Of a DNA stretch of 64,000 nt, positions 41,368-54,134 are shown in pieces. Under the pieces are notes generated by a model. The model made no database searches. It saw only the letters and a program-made list of their open reading frames with translations, and was not told the DNA's origin. The position numbers and the translations under genes are program-made. Every line of letters begins with the position of its first letter. Position 1 is the first letter of the stretch. Where the stretch lies: assembly GCA_965261005.1 (NCBI GenBank), contig OZ253375.1:2848001-2912000 (forward strand), in the 5' to 3' direction. This DNA is from Deinococcus sp. Its GTDB lineage: Bacteria > Deinococcota > Deinococci > Deinococcales > Deinococcaceae.

Positions 41368-41748
41368 ATGACCGCACAGATGCATATCGGTCTCGCTGAG
41401 CTTTTGCGGCGTCACAACATCAGCCAGAAGCGGCTGGCTGATGCCGCTGGAATGCGCTCGGCAACAGTCAACGCCATCTTTCACGGACGCGTGGAACGGG
41501 TGGAAATAGGTACGCTTGTAGACCTCGTAACGGGTCTGCGGCGCCTGGGTGTCGAGGCTGATGTGGGCGACATTTTGCAAGTTGTAGACGAGCCGGACGA
41601 GACCGAACAGGCCGCCCGCGAACGCGCCCTGCGGCTGCTTGGGGGCGAATCCTGGGGACTGAAACCTAGGGGCCTGGCCGAGCCTGTCACGGTGAGCGGC
41701 CCTCCTATTGAAGACCTTCTGCCCGACTTCCTGGGACCGTCGCTCTGA
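41368..41748 (+). CDS. XRE/Cro-C1 HTH antitoxin (copy 2)
   Basis: Close paralog of 37616..37996. Confidence 0.8.
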   Translation: MTAQMHIGLAELLRRHNISQKRLADAAGMRSATVNAIFHGRVERVEIGTLVDLVTGLRRLGVEADVGDILQVVDEPDETEQAARERALRLLGGESWGLKPRGLAEPVTVSGPPIEDLLPDFLGPSL

Positions 41749-42170
41749 GCCTGCTCTACCTGGATACCTCCGCGCTGCTTCGCCTCTACACCCGCGAACC
41801 GGACTATGGGCAGGTTGCCGCCCGCAAGGAACAGGCAGACGGCGTGATCTGCCATGTCATCACCTCCGTGGAGATGGTTTCTGCCTTCACCGGTCGGCAG
41901 GCTCGAAAGTTGCTGAGTGGGCGGGCGTATGAGACAGCCCTGGAGGCGTTTAGGAGCGATTGGCCGACCTTTCGGCACGTTGCTGTGGACGAAGAAGTGT
42001 TACAGGACGCCGCCGACCTCGCTCAAGCTCACGGTCTGCGGGCCTACGACGCCGTTCACCTCGCCGCTGCCCAGGCCATCTCCCCGCTCGGCGTGCAGTT
42101 CATGACCTTCGACCTGCGGCTGCGGGCCGTGGCTGAACAGGTCATGCCCGGCCAGGTGTGGCGGCCGTAG
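41745..42170 (+). CDS. PIN-domain (VapC) toxin (copy 2); probable CTG start
   Basis: CTG AGC CTG CTC TAC CTG GAT ACC TCC aligns codon-for-codon with the TTG-started paralog at 37993; LRAYDAVHLAAA. Confidence 0.85.
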   Translation: MSLLYLDTSALLRLYTREPDYGQVAARKEQADGVICHVITSVEMVSAFTGRQARKLLSGRAYETALEAFRSDWPTFRHVAVDEEVLQDAADLAQAHGLRAYDAVHLAAAQAISPLGVQFMTFDLRLRAVAEQVMPGQVWRP

Positions 42171-42276
42171 CCGTTCCCCATCCCGCCCAACCTCACCGGC
42201 TGGGGCTGCGGCCTGGGTGGGGGCATAACTGTTGCATCTGCTTCGAATACTGCGAATAATAGGGCTGAGGTGAAGT

Positions 42277-42696
42277 ATGACCCTGCACCACACACCCGAC
42301 CTGAAGGAACAGACCCTTGCCAGAGACGCCCAACAGCTCCTGAGTCGCGCCGACGTACAACTGAGTACAGACACGGAGAGCCTCTCCCTGACTCCAGCCC
42401 TCGCCGAATTGCTGCGCGGTCTGCTGGAGCGTCTGGGCAAAGGCGAGAGCGTCACTGTGCTGAGCCGCGACGAGGAACTCAGCACCCAGCAGGCCGCCGA
42501 ATTGCTGGGGGTCAGCCGTCCTTACTTGATTGAGCAGCTTCTAGAGGAGCGCAAGATCCCGTACCGCAAAGTCGGTAAGCACCGCCGCATTCGTGTCCGT
42601 GACTTGCTGGCTCATCAGGAGCGGGAGCAAGCCGAGAAGCGAGCCTTGGTTCGTGAGATCACCGAACTGGCCCAGGAGATGGGGCTGGAGTATTGA
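42277..42696 (+). CDS. Excisionase-type (HTH_17) DNA-binding antitoxin-like protein
   Basis: ELSTQQAAELLGVSRPYLI...IPYRKVGKHRRI. Confidence 0.88.
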   Translation: MTLHHTPDLKEQTLARDAQQLLSRADVQLSTDTESLSLTPALAELLRGLLERLGKGESVTVLSRDEELSTQQAAELLGVSRPYLIEQLLEERKIPYRKVGKHRRIRVRDLLAHQEREQAEKRALVREITELAQEMGLEY

Positions 42697-42985
42697 TCTC
42701 CGTATGGACGCTGCCCTGAGTGCGGGCGCAGGCGTCGTGCTGACCTTCAACCTGGCCGACTTTCCTGCTTCGGCCCTGCCGCCGTCCTTGCAGGCCATTC
42801 ACCCCGACGTGTTTCTGGCCGCCTGTCTGGAGCAGCAGCAGGCGCGCGTGCTGGACGCGCTCGGAGAATTGCGGGCCGACCTGAAAAAGCCGCCGTTAAA
42901 CCCGGACGATCTGCTGGCGGCCATGCCGCGCGCTGAACTTCCGGGGTTTGCCGAGCGGCTGCGGCCGTTCAGGAAGAGAATTTAG
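42693..42985 (+). pseudogene. Internally deleted PIN toxin of the type usually paired with HTH_17 proteins
   Basis: Only the C-terminal part survives (AALSAGAGVVLTFNLADFP...HPDVFL...LKKPP); most of the PIN active-site region is absent. Confidence 0.75.
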
Positions 42986-43098
42986 CCTGCTCCGCTCCGC
43001 CCAACCCACCGTCTGTGGCTGCGGCGGGGGCGGAAGGAGAGAGCAATCTAGACTCACCCTATTAATTTTTGCGGCGGCCGAACCAAAGATTATAAGCT

Positions 43099-43929
43099 AT
43101 GCTGCCTCTACTCGATAGGGGAAGGGGGGCAGCAGTGGAGATTGTGGCAAAAAACACATTCAATGTGAAGATGACAGGGCAGGTGCTGCCTCAAACTGTA
43201 GCTGCATCTGTTCTGGGAGACTTTATTACCCAAATCGAAAAGGCTATTCTCGCTGTAATTGGGGAAAGCCAAGAGAGCAATCCTGACTTTGCTTTAGTAA
43301 GCTTGATTGACGTGAGCGAGGGAAGTAATAGACTACATTTTGCTGCGCCACCGACTGTAATACCAGCGGTTGGAGCTATAACTAATGCCGTATTTACGGG
43401 AAACTTTAGCAGTATACCTAGAAAAGCACACGAATATTTATATGCAGCTAATAGAATATGCCACAGGCACTCATGGGGAATTGAATTCGAGGCCAACGAA
43501 TATTATGACATAAGGGGTGTAACCATTCCTCCCGGTTATTTAATACCAGAACCAAGCAAAAGTTTAATGCGCGGCACCCAATCTGTAATAGGTAGAGTCA
43601 TAAGGGCTGGAGGTGTCGAGCCTAAAGTGCATCTAAAGCAATTAGAGACAGACAAATCGTTTCACATCTCTGTTTCGGAAAGCATTGCTCGTGAATTAGC
43701 TGGGAAGCTGTACGATATTGTCGTTTTAGAATGCGAAACTTTTTGGGATACTGACACTTGGGAGATAGATGTATCCCGCATGAATGTTATTAGCGTCGCT
43801 CCTTATTATAAACCCTTGAGTCCAAGTAGAGCTTTTGAAAACTTACGTATAGCCGCTAACGGCTTTTGGGAAGGCGAAAACCCCCTAGCATATGAACACG
43901 CTACAAGAGTGGATGATGAGGACGAATGA
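43099..43929 (+). CDS. AT-rich hypothetical protein (276 aa), coupled to a PIN gene
   Basis: Long ORF with foreign codon usage; acidic C-terminus DDEDE; ATGA overlap with the next gene. Confidence 0.8.
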   Translation: MLPLLDRGRGAAVEIVAKNTFNVKMTGQVLPQTVAASVLGDFITQIEKAILAVIGESQESNPDFALVSLIDVSEGSNRLHFAAPPTVIPAVGAITNAVFTGNFSSIPRKAHEYLYAANRICHRHSWGIEFEANEYYDIRGVTIPPGYLIPEPSKSLMRGTQSVIGRVIRAGGVEPKVHLKQLETDKSFHISVSESIARELAGKLYDIVVLECETFWDTDTWEIDVSRMNVISVAPYYKPLSPSRAFENLRIAANGFWEGENPLAYEHATRVDDEDE

Positions 43930-44444
43930 TCTGCATCGATACAAACACACTGATTTTTGGAGTGCAGAGGAGATCATCACCCGAACATCAAACTCAGATA
44001 GAAGCCGCATCATATTATCTAAGAACACTCAAAAGCTCTGAGATTATACTTGTTCCCTCTCCCGTTGCCTTTGAATATGTTCAGGGCTTTCCTACAAAAT
44101 TTGAACGAGACGAAAATTTTAAAGCTCTCAGCGAAAATTTCTTTATTCCGGGTTTTGATGCTCTAACGGCACGTCTAGCTGCCGAGATATCGGCTACCTG
44201 TGGAGGACCAAAAGGGGTAAGCAAACTAACCGGTTTGCCTAAGCCAGACATTAGACTAGACATACAAATTATTGCTACTGCAATTATACACCAAGCAAGC
44301 ACTATTATTACGTTCAACGAATCCGAGTTTAACAAAATAATCAGTGCATCTGGAATGCAATCAAGGGTAAGGGCTAGATGGGTAACTTCACTCACACAAC
44401 CCTCTTTGTTTGGGCCATCCGACTCGACGGGATTGTCTAACTGA
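43926..44444 (+). CDS. AT-rich PIN-domain nuclease
   Basis: CIDTNTLI, VPSPVAFEY, FDALTA, DIQIIATA, IITFNE. Confidence 0.82.
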   Translation: MICIDTNTLIFGVQRRSSPEHQTQIEAASYYLRTLKSSEIILVPSPVAFEYVQGFPTKFERDENFKALSENFFIPGFDALTARLAAEISATCGGPKGVSKLTGLPKPDIRLDIQIIATAIIHQASTIITFNESEFNKIISASGMQSRVRARWVTSLTQPSLFGPSDSTGLSN

Positions 44445-44446
44445 GT

Positions 44447-45333
44447 AGACCTCCTGCGAAAGTGGTGAGCTAGGGTGGGGAATGGCGCACGAACGGTACG
44501 AGCGGACGATGAAGATGAATCGCGTGCGGTTCAAACGGCGCACTGGGGTGTACCCGGAAACGTTCGAGGCCATGCGCATCGTTGTGGAGCAACGCGAGCA
44601 GACGAAGAAAAAGTCAGGCCGTCCCGCCGCCCTGAGTCCAGCCAAGCAGTTGCTGTTGACGCTGGAATTTTGGCGTGAGTACCGCAGCCAAGCCCACCTC
44701 GGCGACGATTGGGGCGTGCACGAAACCACCGTGCTGCGAACCATCGAACGGGTTGAAGCCGCCTTGCTGGCGAGCAGTCAGTTCACCTTGCCCAGTCGCC
44801 GGGCGCTGACCAGCGAAACGGTGTATAGCGCCGTGTTGGTCGATGTGTCCGAAGTGCCGTGCGAGCGACCCCAAAAAAACAGCGAGCGTGGTACAGCGGT
44901 AAGAAAAAGCGCCACACCCAGAAAATCCAGCTGATGATTGAGGCCGTTACAGGCCGCATCATGTGCGTGACAGCAGGCCAGGGCTCGACACACGACCTCA
45001 CGCTGCTGCGCGACTCGGGTGCCCGACTGCACCCGGAAACCGCGCTGATCGCCGACGCCGGGTATCAGGGCGTGAAGCGTGATCATGCTCACTCGCTGAC
45101 ACCGCACAAAGCCACCAAGCGCGCCCCGCTCACTTCTGAGCAACGGTACGAGAACCGCGTGCTGGCGCACTTCCGTCAAAAAATCGAACATGTCATCCGA
45201 CGGCTCAAGATCTTCCGGGTGCTCAAGGAGACGTACCGCCACCGAAGAAGGCGCTTTGGGCTGCGCCTGCATCTCCTCGCCGCACTCGTCAACCTGACCC
45301 TGGACGTCAAATCATGACTTTCGCAGGAGGTCT
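44447..45333 (+). mobile_element. IS5-family element (887 bp), two ORFs joined by a -1 frameshift
   Basis: 17-bp TIR AGACCTCCTGCGAAAGT/ACTTTCGCAGGAGGTCT; AGT duplication; ORFs 44482..44934 and 44859..45317; slippery A-AAA-AAC at 44874-44880; YSGKKKRHT, ADAGYQG, IEH. Confidence 0.9.
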
Positions 45334-45337
45334 AGTG

Positions 45338-47990
45338 GTATCTGATTAGCGCCTGAGGTTCATCAAAACGGCTACGGGATCCTGCCCACGCAGGCGAGCG
45401 GTTTCAATGACGCTCTTGATGCGGGTGTAGCTGGTGGCGCCCACAGCGTTCTTGCTGCACTGCGACACCTTTCTCGCCATGACGACGCTACGCAACGCTC
45501 GTTCTGCGGCGTTGTTGGTGGGTGGAAGGTCCGGATCACTCAGGAACAGCAACAGGCGGCCTCGCCCATGCTGTTCGAGCAGTCCCCGTCGCAAGCGTTC
45601 GTTGTCCCTCGACTTCAGCGGCCTGCGGTTCAGCAAGTGCCCTAGTCGCTCCGTCAGTGGCTCACCTTGCCGTGCGTATTCCTGCCGAGTCACCAGCCCC
45701 TGGTGATAGGCAGCGTGCAGCCGAATCCCGTCCCTGAACAGTTGACTGACATATTGCAGTTTAAGGAGCGTGGGTAGGGATGGCGTCTTGAGCGGCGTCG
45801 AGGTCAGCGAGTTCGAGGAGCAGGGCGGCACGGCGCACGTCGGCGAGCAGGGTGAGCCGCAGGGCTTTGGCCAGTTCACCCCAATCCGGCCACTCGCCAG
45901 GTGGCCGTGGTGGCAAGTCGAGATCGGCCAAGTGACACAGCAGGAAGGCCAAGGTCGAGAGGCACCAAAAGCGGAAGGCGCCCTGTTTGCTGTGCTGGGC
46001 AAAGCGTTCCAAACCGAAACGGCCTTTGATGGTTTTGAAGAACGCCTCGATCTTCCAGCGACGTTTGCCTACACGGGCCAGGTAGACACCGCCCAGTTTG
46101 CAGCTGGACATCACGAAACGCTGTTCGGGCTGCGTGTTGCGGTACAGCCAAACCCAAGAGACGGTCATGTGCTGACGCAGTCCTTGAGGGGTGACGGTCG
46201 AGCCACGCACGGTGAGGTCGGCGACGGTGCGGCCATCTGCGAGCTTGCGGTTTTTGCGCACGCCCACGATCAGATCGAACCCAACGTCGAGGACACCGTG
46301 GATGAAGGTGGCACACTCGAAGCCGCCGTCGGCATGCACGCGCGCCTTTCGACCGCTGCTGAGCAACCCCTTGGGAACGCTGCGGAGCAGTTTAAGGGCC
46401 AGCACGGCGGGTGAGGGGGTGCCTTTACCGCGCCAGACCTGGACGGCCCAGGGCAAGCGGAGCGGACCACAGCAGAGGTAGAGGACGACCAGATGAACGC
46501 CGTGGACGCCGTTGTAGACGTGCATCCAGTCATCCAACTGCTCAAAGTGGCCGGTCTTTTCCAAGCTGGTGAGGTCGATCAAGAGTTCGAGGCGGGGACG
46601 CTGGTGGGGAGCTGAGCGCCAGAAGTCGAGGAGCGTTTGCTGAGCGTGGTGACGCAGGGCGCGAACGAGGGAGCGGGTGGACCAGCCGTAGTGGTTGAGA
46701 AACCGGCTGATGGCAGCGGGAGACTTGACGGTGGCTTGACTGGGGAATGGTCGGCCCTTGGCTTCGAGGAGCAAGTCGAGGAAGACGCGCAACGAGTCGC
46801 GGTGCTGCTTACGAGCGAAGCTCTTGAGGATGTCAGAATAGAGTTGTCTGGAACGTGCTTCTTTTGGATTCACACCCCAGCTTGGGGCCAAAACCGCGTT
46901 CCAGACAACCCCTATGAAATCTGCAACATGTCAGTTGAGCGAGCCGCTGTCCATACAGCTCTCCTCGACCTGGCCGTTGTTTGGCTTGCTCAGCAGTCTG
47001 GTCAGCATTGCGGATCAGGTGCGCCAGACACTTCTGCTGCTGCACCCCGTCCAAGAGGCGGCTGTCATACACCTTGAAACGGTCCGTCACCAGCGTTCCC
47101 GCAAACGCATTCCCCAACACAGCCCGCAGTTCTGCGTTCCCGTGCTTGCGGTTGACCCGGAACAGCACGCTGTCTTCTGAGCGGAAGGTGCTGATCCACG
47201 CCGGGCTGGCGTTCATCCGCCAGCCCGTGTCGTCATGGTGGACATACGCGGCAGCTCGCAGTTCTGCTGCAAGCGCTTCGACCTGCACAGCCAAAGGACC
47301 ACCATCTTCTGCCAGTCGCATAGCGGCCTGGTTGATGGCCCCTTGCGTCACACGGATGCCCGTGGTCAGGTGCAGCACGCGGGGCAAACGGCGTTCCGGG
47401 ATGCCCTGCTCATGGCGCAAGGTCTGGATCACCGCCTCAAGGCGTGCCCCGTAACGATGGGCGGTGGCCCCACACTGATCTGAAGCGAGGTCAGCGTGTT
47501 GACCACGCACCGACTGTCCGCAGACCGGGCAGACCATCACCGGCACGTGGTACGCCGTCACCTGCATGGCCTGCTCGGGCGCCAAGTCGGTGATCCAGGC
47601 TTTGTCCATCCGCTTGAACAGCAACTCGCCCGTGTACCCGCACTTGGCACAACTGTTGGGGGGAGCAACCTGGATCACCGCCTGCACCGACTCAGGTTCG
47701 GGCGGGACTTTGTATGTGAACGTCCCGACGCCAGCTCGGCGCCCGGACGGCTGAGCATCCGCTTTGCGCACCTCGCGGCTGTGTGGCGCGACGTACTTCT
47801 TTCCCTTGCGCTCCAACGCTTCGATACGCTTCCTGAGTCGGGTGTTCTCGACCTGAAGCTGCTCGATCTGCTCGCTTTGCCGACGGAGCACCTCAAGCAC
47901 GTCTCGCTCCGTCAGTTCCCCAGCCATGCCCTGACTCTAGCCCATCTGACCCTTCTCGCGTCATTGCCGGCTCAGCCGACGGATACACCG

Positions 47991-48002
<12 letters not shown>
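45338..48002 (-). mobile_element. Single-ORF IS66-family element, interrupted by IS701
   Basis: Perfect 14-bp TIR GTATCTGATTAGCG. The transposase 47927->46935 rejoins 45741->45346 as GQRLAQL-FRDGIRL. Motifs HHDDTGW, TDRF, QKCLAHLIR, PTNNAAERALR. Confidence 0.92.
45746..46934 (-). mobile_element. IS701-family element (1189 bp), transposase 45761..46891
   Basis: TIR CTGACATATTGCAG / CTGCAACATGTCAG (13/14); TTGA duplicated at 45742-45 and 46935-38; IDLTSLEK, ADGGF, RWKIEAFFKTIK. Confidence 0.88.
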
Positions 48003-51089
<3,087 letters not shown>

Positions 51090-51121
51090 TCCGAGGGAGG
51101 AGCATAACACGAGGGGGAGAT

Positions 51122-51135
51122 TGAAAAGTTATGCA
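51122..51135. promoter_or_regulatory. Candidate ARG box upstream of carB
   Basis: TGAAAAGTTATGCA resembles the ArgR consensus TGnATwwwwATnCA. Confidence 0.5.
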
Positions 51136-51145
51136 CTAAGCTTTC

Positions 51146-51166
51146 TGTACAACTTTTATGTACAAT
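51146..51166 (+). promoter_or_regulatory. YefM-YoeB operator/promoter
   Basis: Two TGTACA palindromes (51146, 51159) overlap a TACAAT -10 box 6 nt before ATG 51173. Confidence 0.75.
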
Positions 51167-51172
51167 AGAGAC

Positions 51173-51478
51173 ATGATTGAACGCAGCTACAGCCAGGCCC
51201 GCGCGGAACTCGCCAGCTTGATGGACAAGGCGGTGGATGACCGCGAGACCGTCATCATCGAGCGCCGGGGCCGTCCGGCCGTCGCCTTGATCGCCGCCGA
51301 CGAGCTGCGCAGCATGGAGGAAACCCTGCACCTGCTGCGCAGCCCGGCCAACGCCGCGCGGCTGCTGGCCGCCCTGGGGCGGGCCGAGCGGGGCGAGGGC
51401 GTCAGGATGACCGTCAAGGAACTGCGCCAGAAGTTTGACCTGACGGAAACAGATGAGCCAGCGCCAGGCCGTCCTTGA
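51173..51478 (+). CDS. yefM: YefM antitoxin
   Basis: SYSQARAELASLMD...ETLHLLRSPANAARL. Confidence 0.92.
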   Translation: MIERSYSQARAELASLMDKAVDDRETVIIERRGRPAVALIAADELRSMEETLHLLRSPANAARLLAALGRAERGEGVRMTVKELRQKFDLTETDEPAPGRP

Positions 51479-51716
51479 CCCGGACTTTTTGACCGACCTC
51501 GCCTACTGGGTCGCTACTGACCGCAAGACCGCCCTGCGCTTGCTGAGGATCGTGGACGAGACCTACCGCTCTCCCTTTGAGGGTATCGGCAAGCCCGAAC
51601 CGCTCAAGAACCTCGGCCCTGACGTCTGGTCGCGCCGCCTCATGGCCGAGCATCGCGTGGTGTACCGGGTCAGGAGCGAAGAGGTGTATTTTTTGCAGGC
51701 GCGCTATCATTACTAA
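51453..51716 (+). CDS. yoeB: YoeB/Txe toxin
   Basis: PFEGIGKPEPLK...WSRRL...EHRVVY...RYHY. Confidence 0.95.
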   Translation: MSQRQAVLDPDFLTDLAYWVATDRKTALRLLRIVDETYRSPFEGIGKPEPLKNLGPDVWSRRLMAEHRVVYRVRSEEVYFLQARYHY

Positions 51717-51751
51717 TGTGGCTATACTAATGACCACTTAGGAGGTGTCTG

Positions 51752-52027
51752 ATGACCGTTATGGACGAGACCGCTCTTCCTGCCGTTACGCACGTGGGTG
51801 TGAAGGAATTTCGGGACAAGGCCACGCAGTTGCTGGCCCGCGAGCAGCCGTTCGTTATCGAGCGTCACGGGAAGGCGATTGGGTACTACGTGCCCATCAA
51901 AAAGAAGGACAAGCGCAAGGCGAGAGAAGCGCTCGACCGCTTGGATGAAACCATGCGCCGCACCGCCGATGAGGCGGGCATGACCGTGGCCGAACTCGAA
52001 AACCTGCTGGTCGGAGATTTGCCTTGA
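51752..52027 (+). CDS. Phd-like antitoxin
   Basis: VGVKEFRDKATQLL...IERHGKAIGYYVP. Confidence 0.82.
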   Translation: MTVMDETALPAVTHVGVKEFRDKATQLLAREQPFVIERHGKAIGYYVPIKKKDKRKAREALDRLDETMRRTADEAGMTVAELENLLVGDLP

Positions 52028-52512
52028 CGGGAGCGATCAGCGCCCTGATGCCAAAACGTCTGATCGTGGACGCCAACGTACTGCTCGCGGAATGTATGCG
52101 CTCGCGTGGGCGGCGCCGGCTCTACGAGATGGACCCCGAGCTTCTGACCACCGAGCGTGTCCAAAGCGAGTTTCGGCACGAGTTGGAACGGCGGCTCGAC
52201 GGCGTACGTGTCCAAGGTCGCTTGTCGTCAGAAGCTTTGGAGAGCTTACGTTCGGACGCCTTGGCGGCCTACGAGCAGAATGTTTCGGTGGTTTTGAAGG
52301 AGGGCTACGCTCATTTTGAGGACGCCGCCCTCATTTGTGTTCCCCAGGACCCCGACGACGTGCCCACCGCCGCCCTCGCCCTCGCCCTGAACGCGGGCGT
52401 CTGGACCGAGGACCGCCACTTCTGGGGGTGCGGCCTGCCGGTATGGCGAACGGATGTGCTGTACGCGGCGCTCGATCAAGACGCTGTCCTCGGCCAAGAC
52501 AACACGCCTTGA
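52024..52512 (+). CDS. PIN-domain toxin
   Basis: IVDANVL, DPDDVPTAALAL, WTEDRHFWGCG. Confidence 0.85.
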   Translation: MTGAISALMPKRLIVDANVLLAECMRSRGRRRLYEMDPELLTTERVQSEFRHELERRLDGVRVQGRLSSEALESLRSDALAAYEQNVSVVLKEGYAHFEDAALICVPQDPDDVPTAALALALNAGVWTEDRHFWGCGLPVWRTDVLYAALDQDAVLGQDNTP

Positions 52513-52537
52513 CCTCTCCTTATGCACTTGCTACCCT

Positions 52538-52572
52538 TGCATAGAAATACGCTTTTTGCGTATATTCAATCA
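52538..52572 (+). promoter_or_regulatory. argG promoter with candidate ARG box(es)
   Basis: TGCATAGAAATACG is ARG-box-like and overlaps -35 TTGCAT; -10 TATATT follows at 17-bp spacing. Confidence 0.55.
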
Positions 52573-52573
52573 G

Positions 52574-52600
52574 ATGCCCAACCTTTCCCCCCGACGCTGA
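52574..52600 (+). CDS. Putative leader peptide MPNLSPRR upstream of argG
   Basis: ATG CCC AAC CTT TCC CCC CGA CGC TGA, 7 nt after the -10 box; the Arg codons lie in the 5' arm of a long hairpin. Confidence 0.5.
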   Translation: MPNLSPRR

Positions 52601-52672
52601 CGCCACGCTCCAGTCTCTCGACTTGGGGCGGCGTTTCACGTCGGGGTATTGACTGTCACCAAGGAGTGTCCC

Positions 52673-53881
<1,209 letters not shown>

Positions 53882-53909
53882 CCTGAACACGTCCAGACGA
53901 AGCGCTTGG

Positions 53910-54134
53910 ATGTGCCTGCTGACGGTCGCCTTTGTCCTTAAGGCGCCTGCCACACGACAAGGCGCCTTCGAGACGGTGCGGCTCGCCGTCAGCCTCTACA
54001 ATCTGGCGGTGATCCCCTTCTACCAGCGGCTCGGCTACCAAGTGAATTCTGACGCCGTGTACACGCACGCCAGCGCCAGCAGCCCGGCGCCGGTCGTGAT
54101 GACCAAGCCGGTGCGGCGGGAGGTGGGGGCGTGA
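53910..54134 (+). pseudogene. C-terminal remnant of a GNAT acetyltransferase
   Basis: GAFETVRLAVSLYNLAVIPFYQRLGY is a GNAT C-terminal motif; the N-terminal two-thirds are missing. Confidence 0.6.

Larger units (their letters stand above)
41112..43025 (+). repeat. ~30-bp spacer motif x3 downstream of toxin genes (41112-41142, 42183-42213, 42997-43025)
   Basis: CCGCCCAACC(C/T/-)CACCG(T/G)CTG(T/G)(A/G)GCTGCGGC. Confidence 0.85.

Noticed and set aside
41112..43025. Canonical integron attC array
   Set aside because: RYYYAAC is present but there is no matching GTTRRRY core and no intI in the window; kept only as an unexplained motif.
36795..44444. Prophage or ICE as carrier of the TA array
   Set aside because: No integrase, structural, replication or conjugation genes; the excisionase-like HTH is of the TA-associated type.
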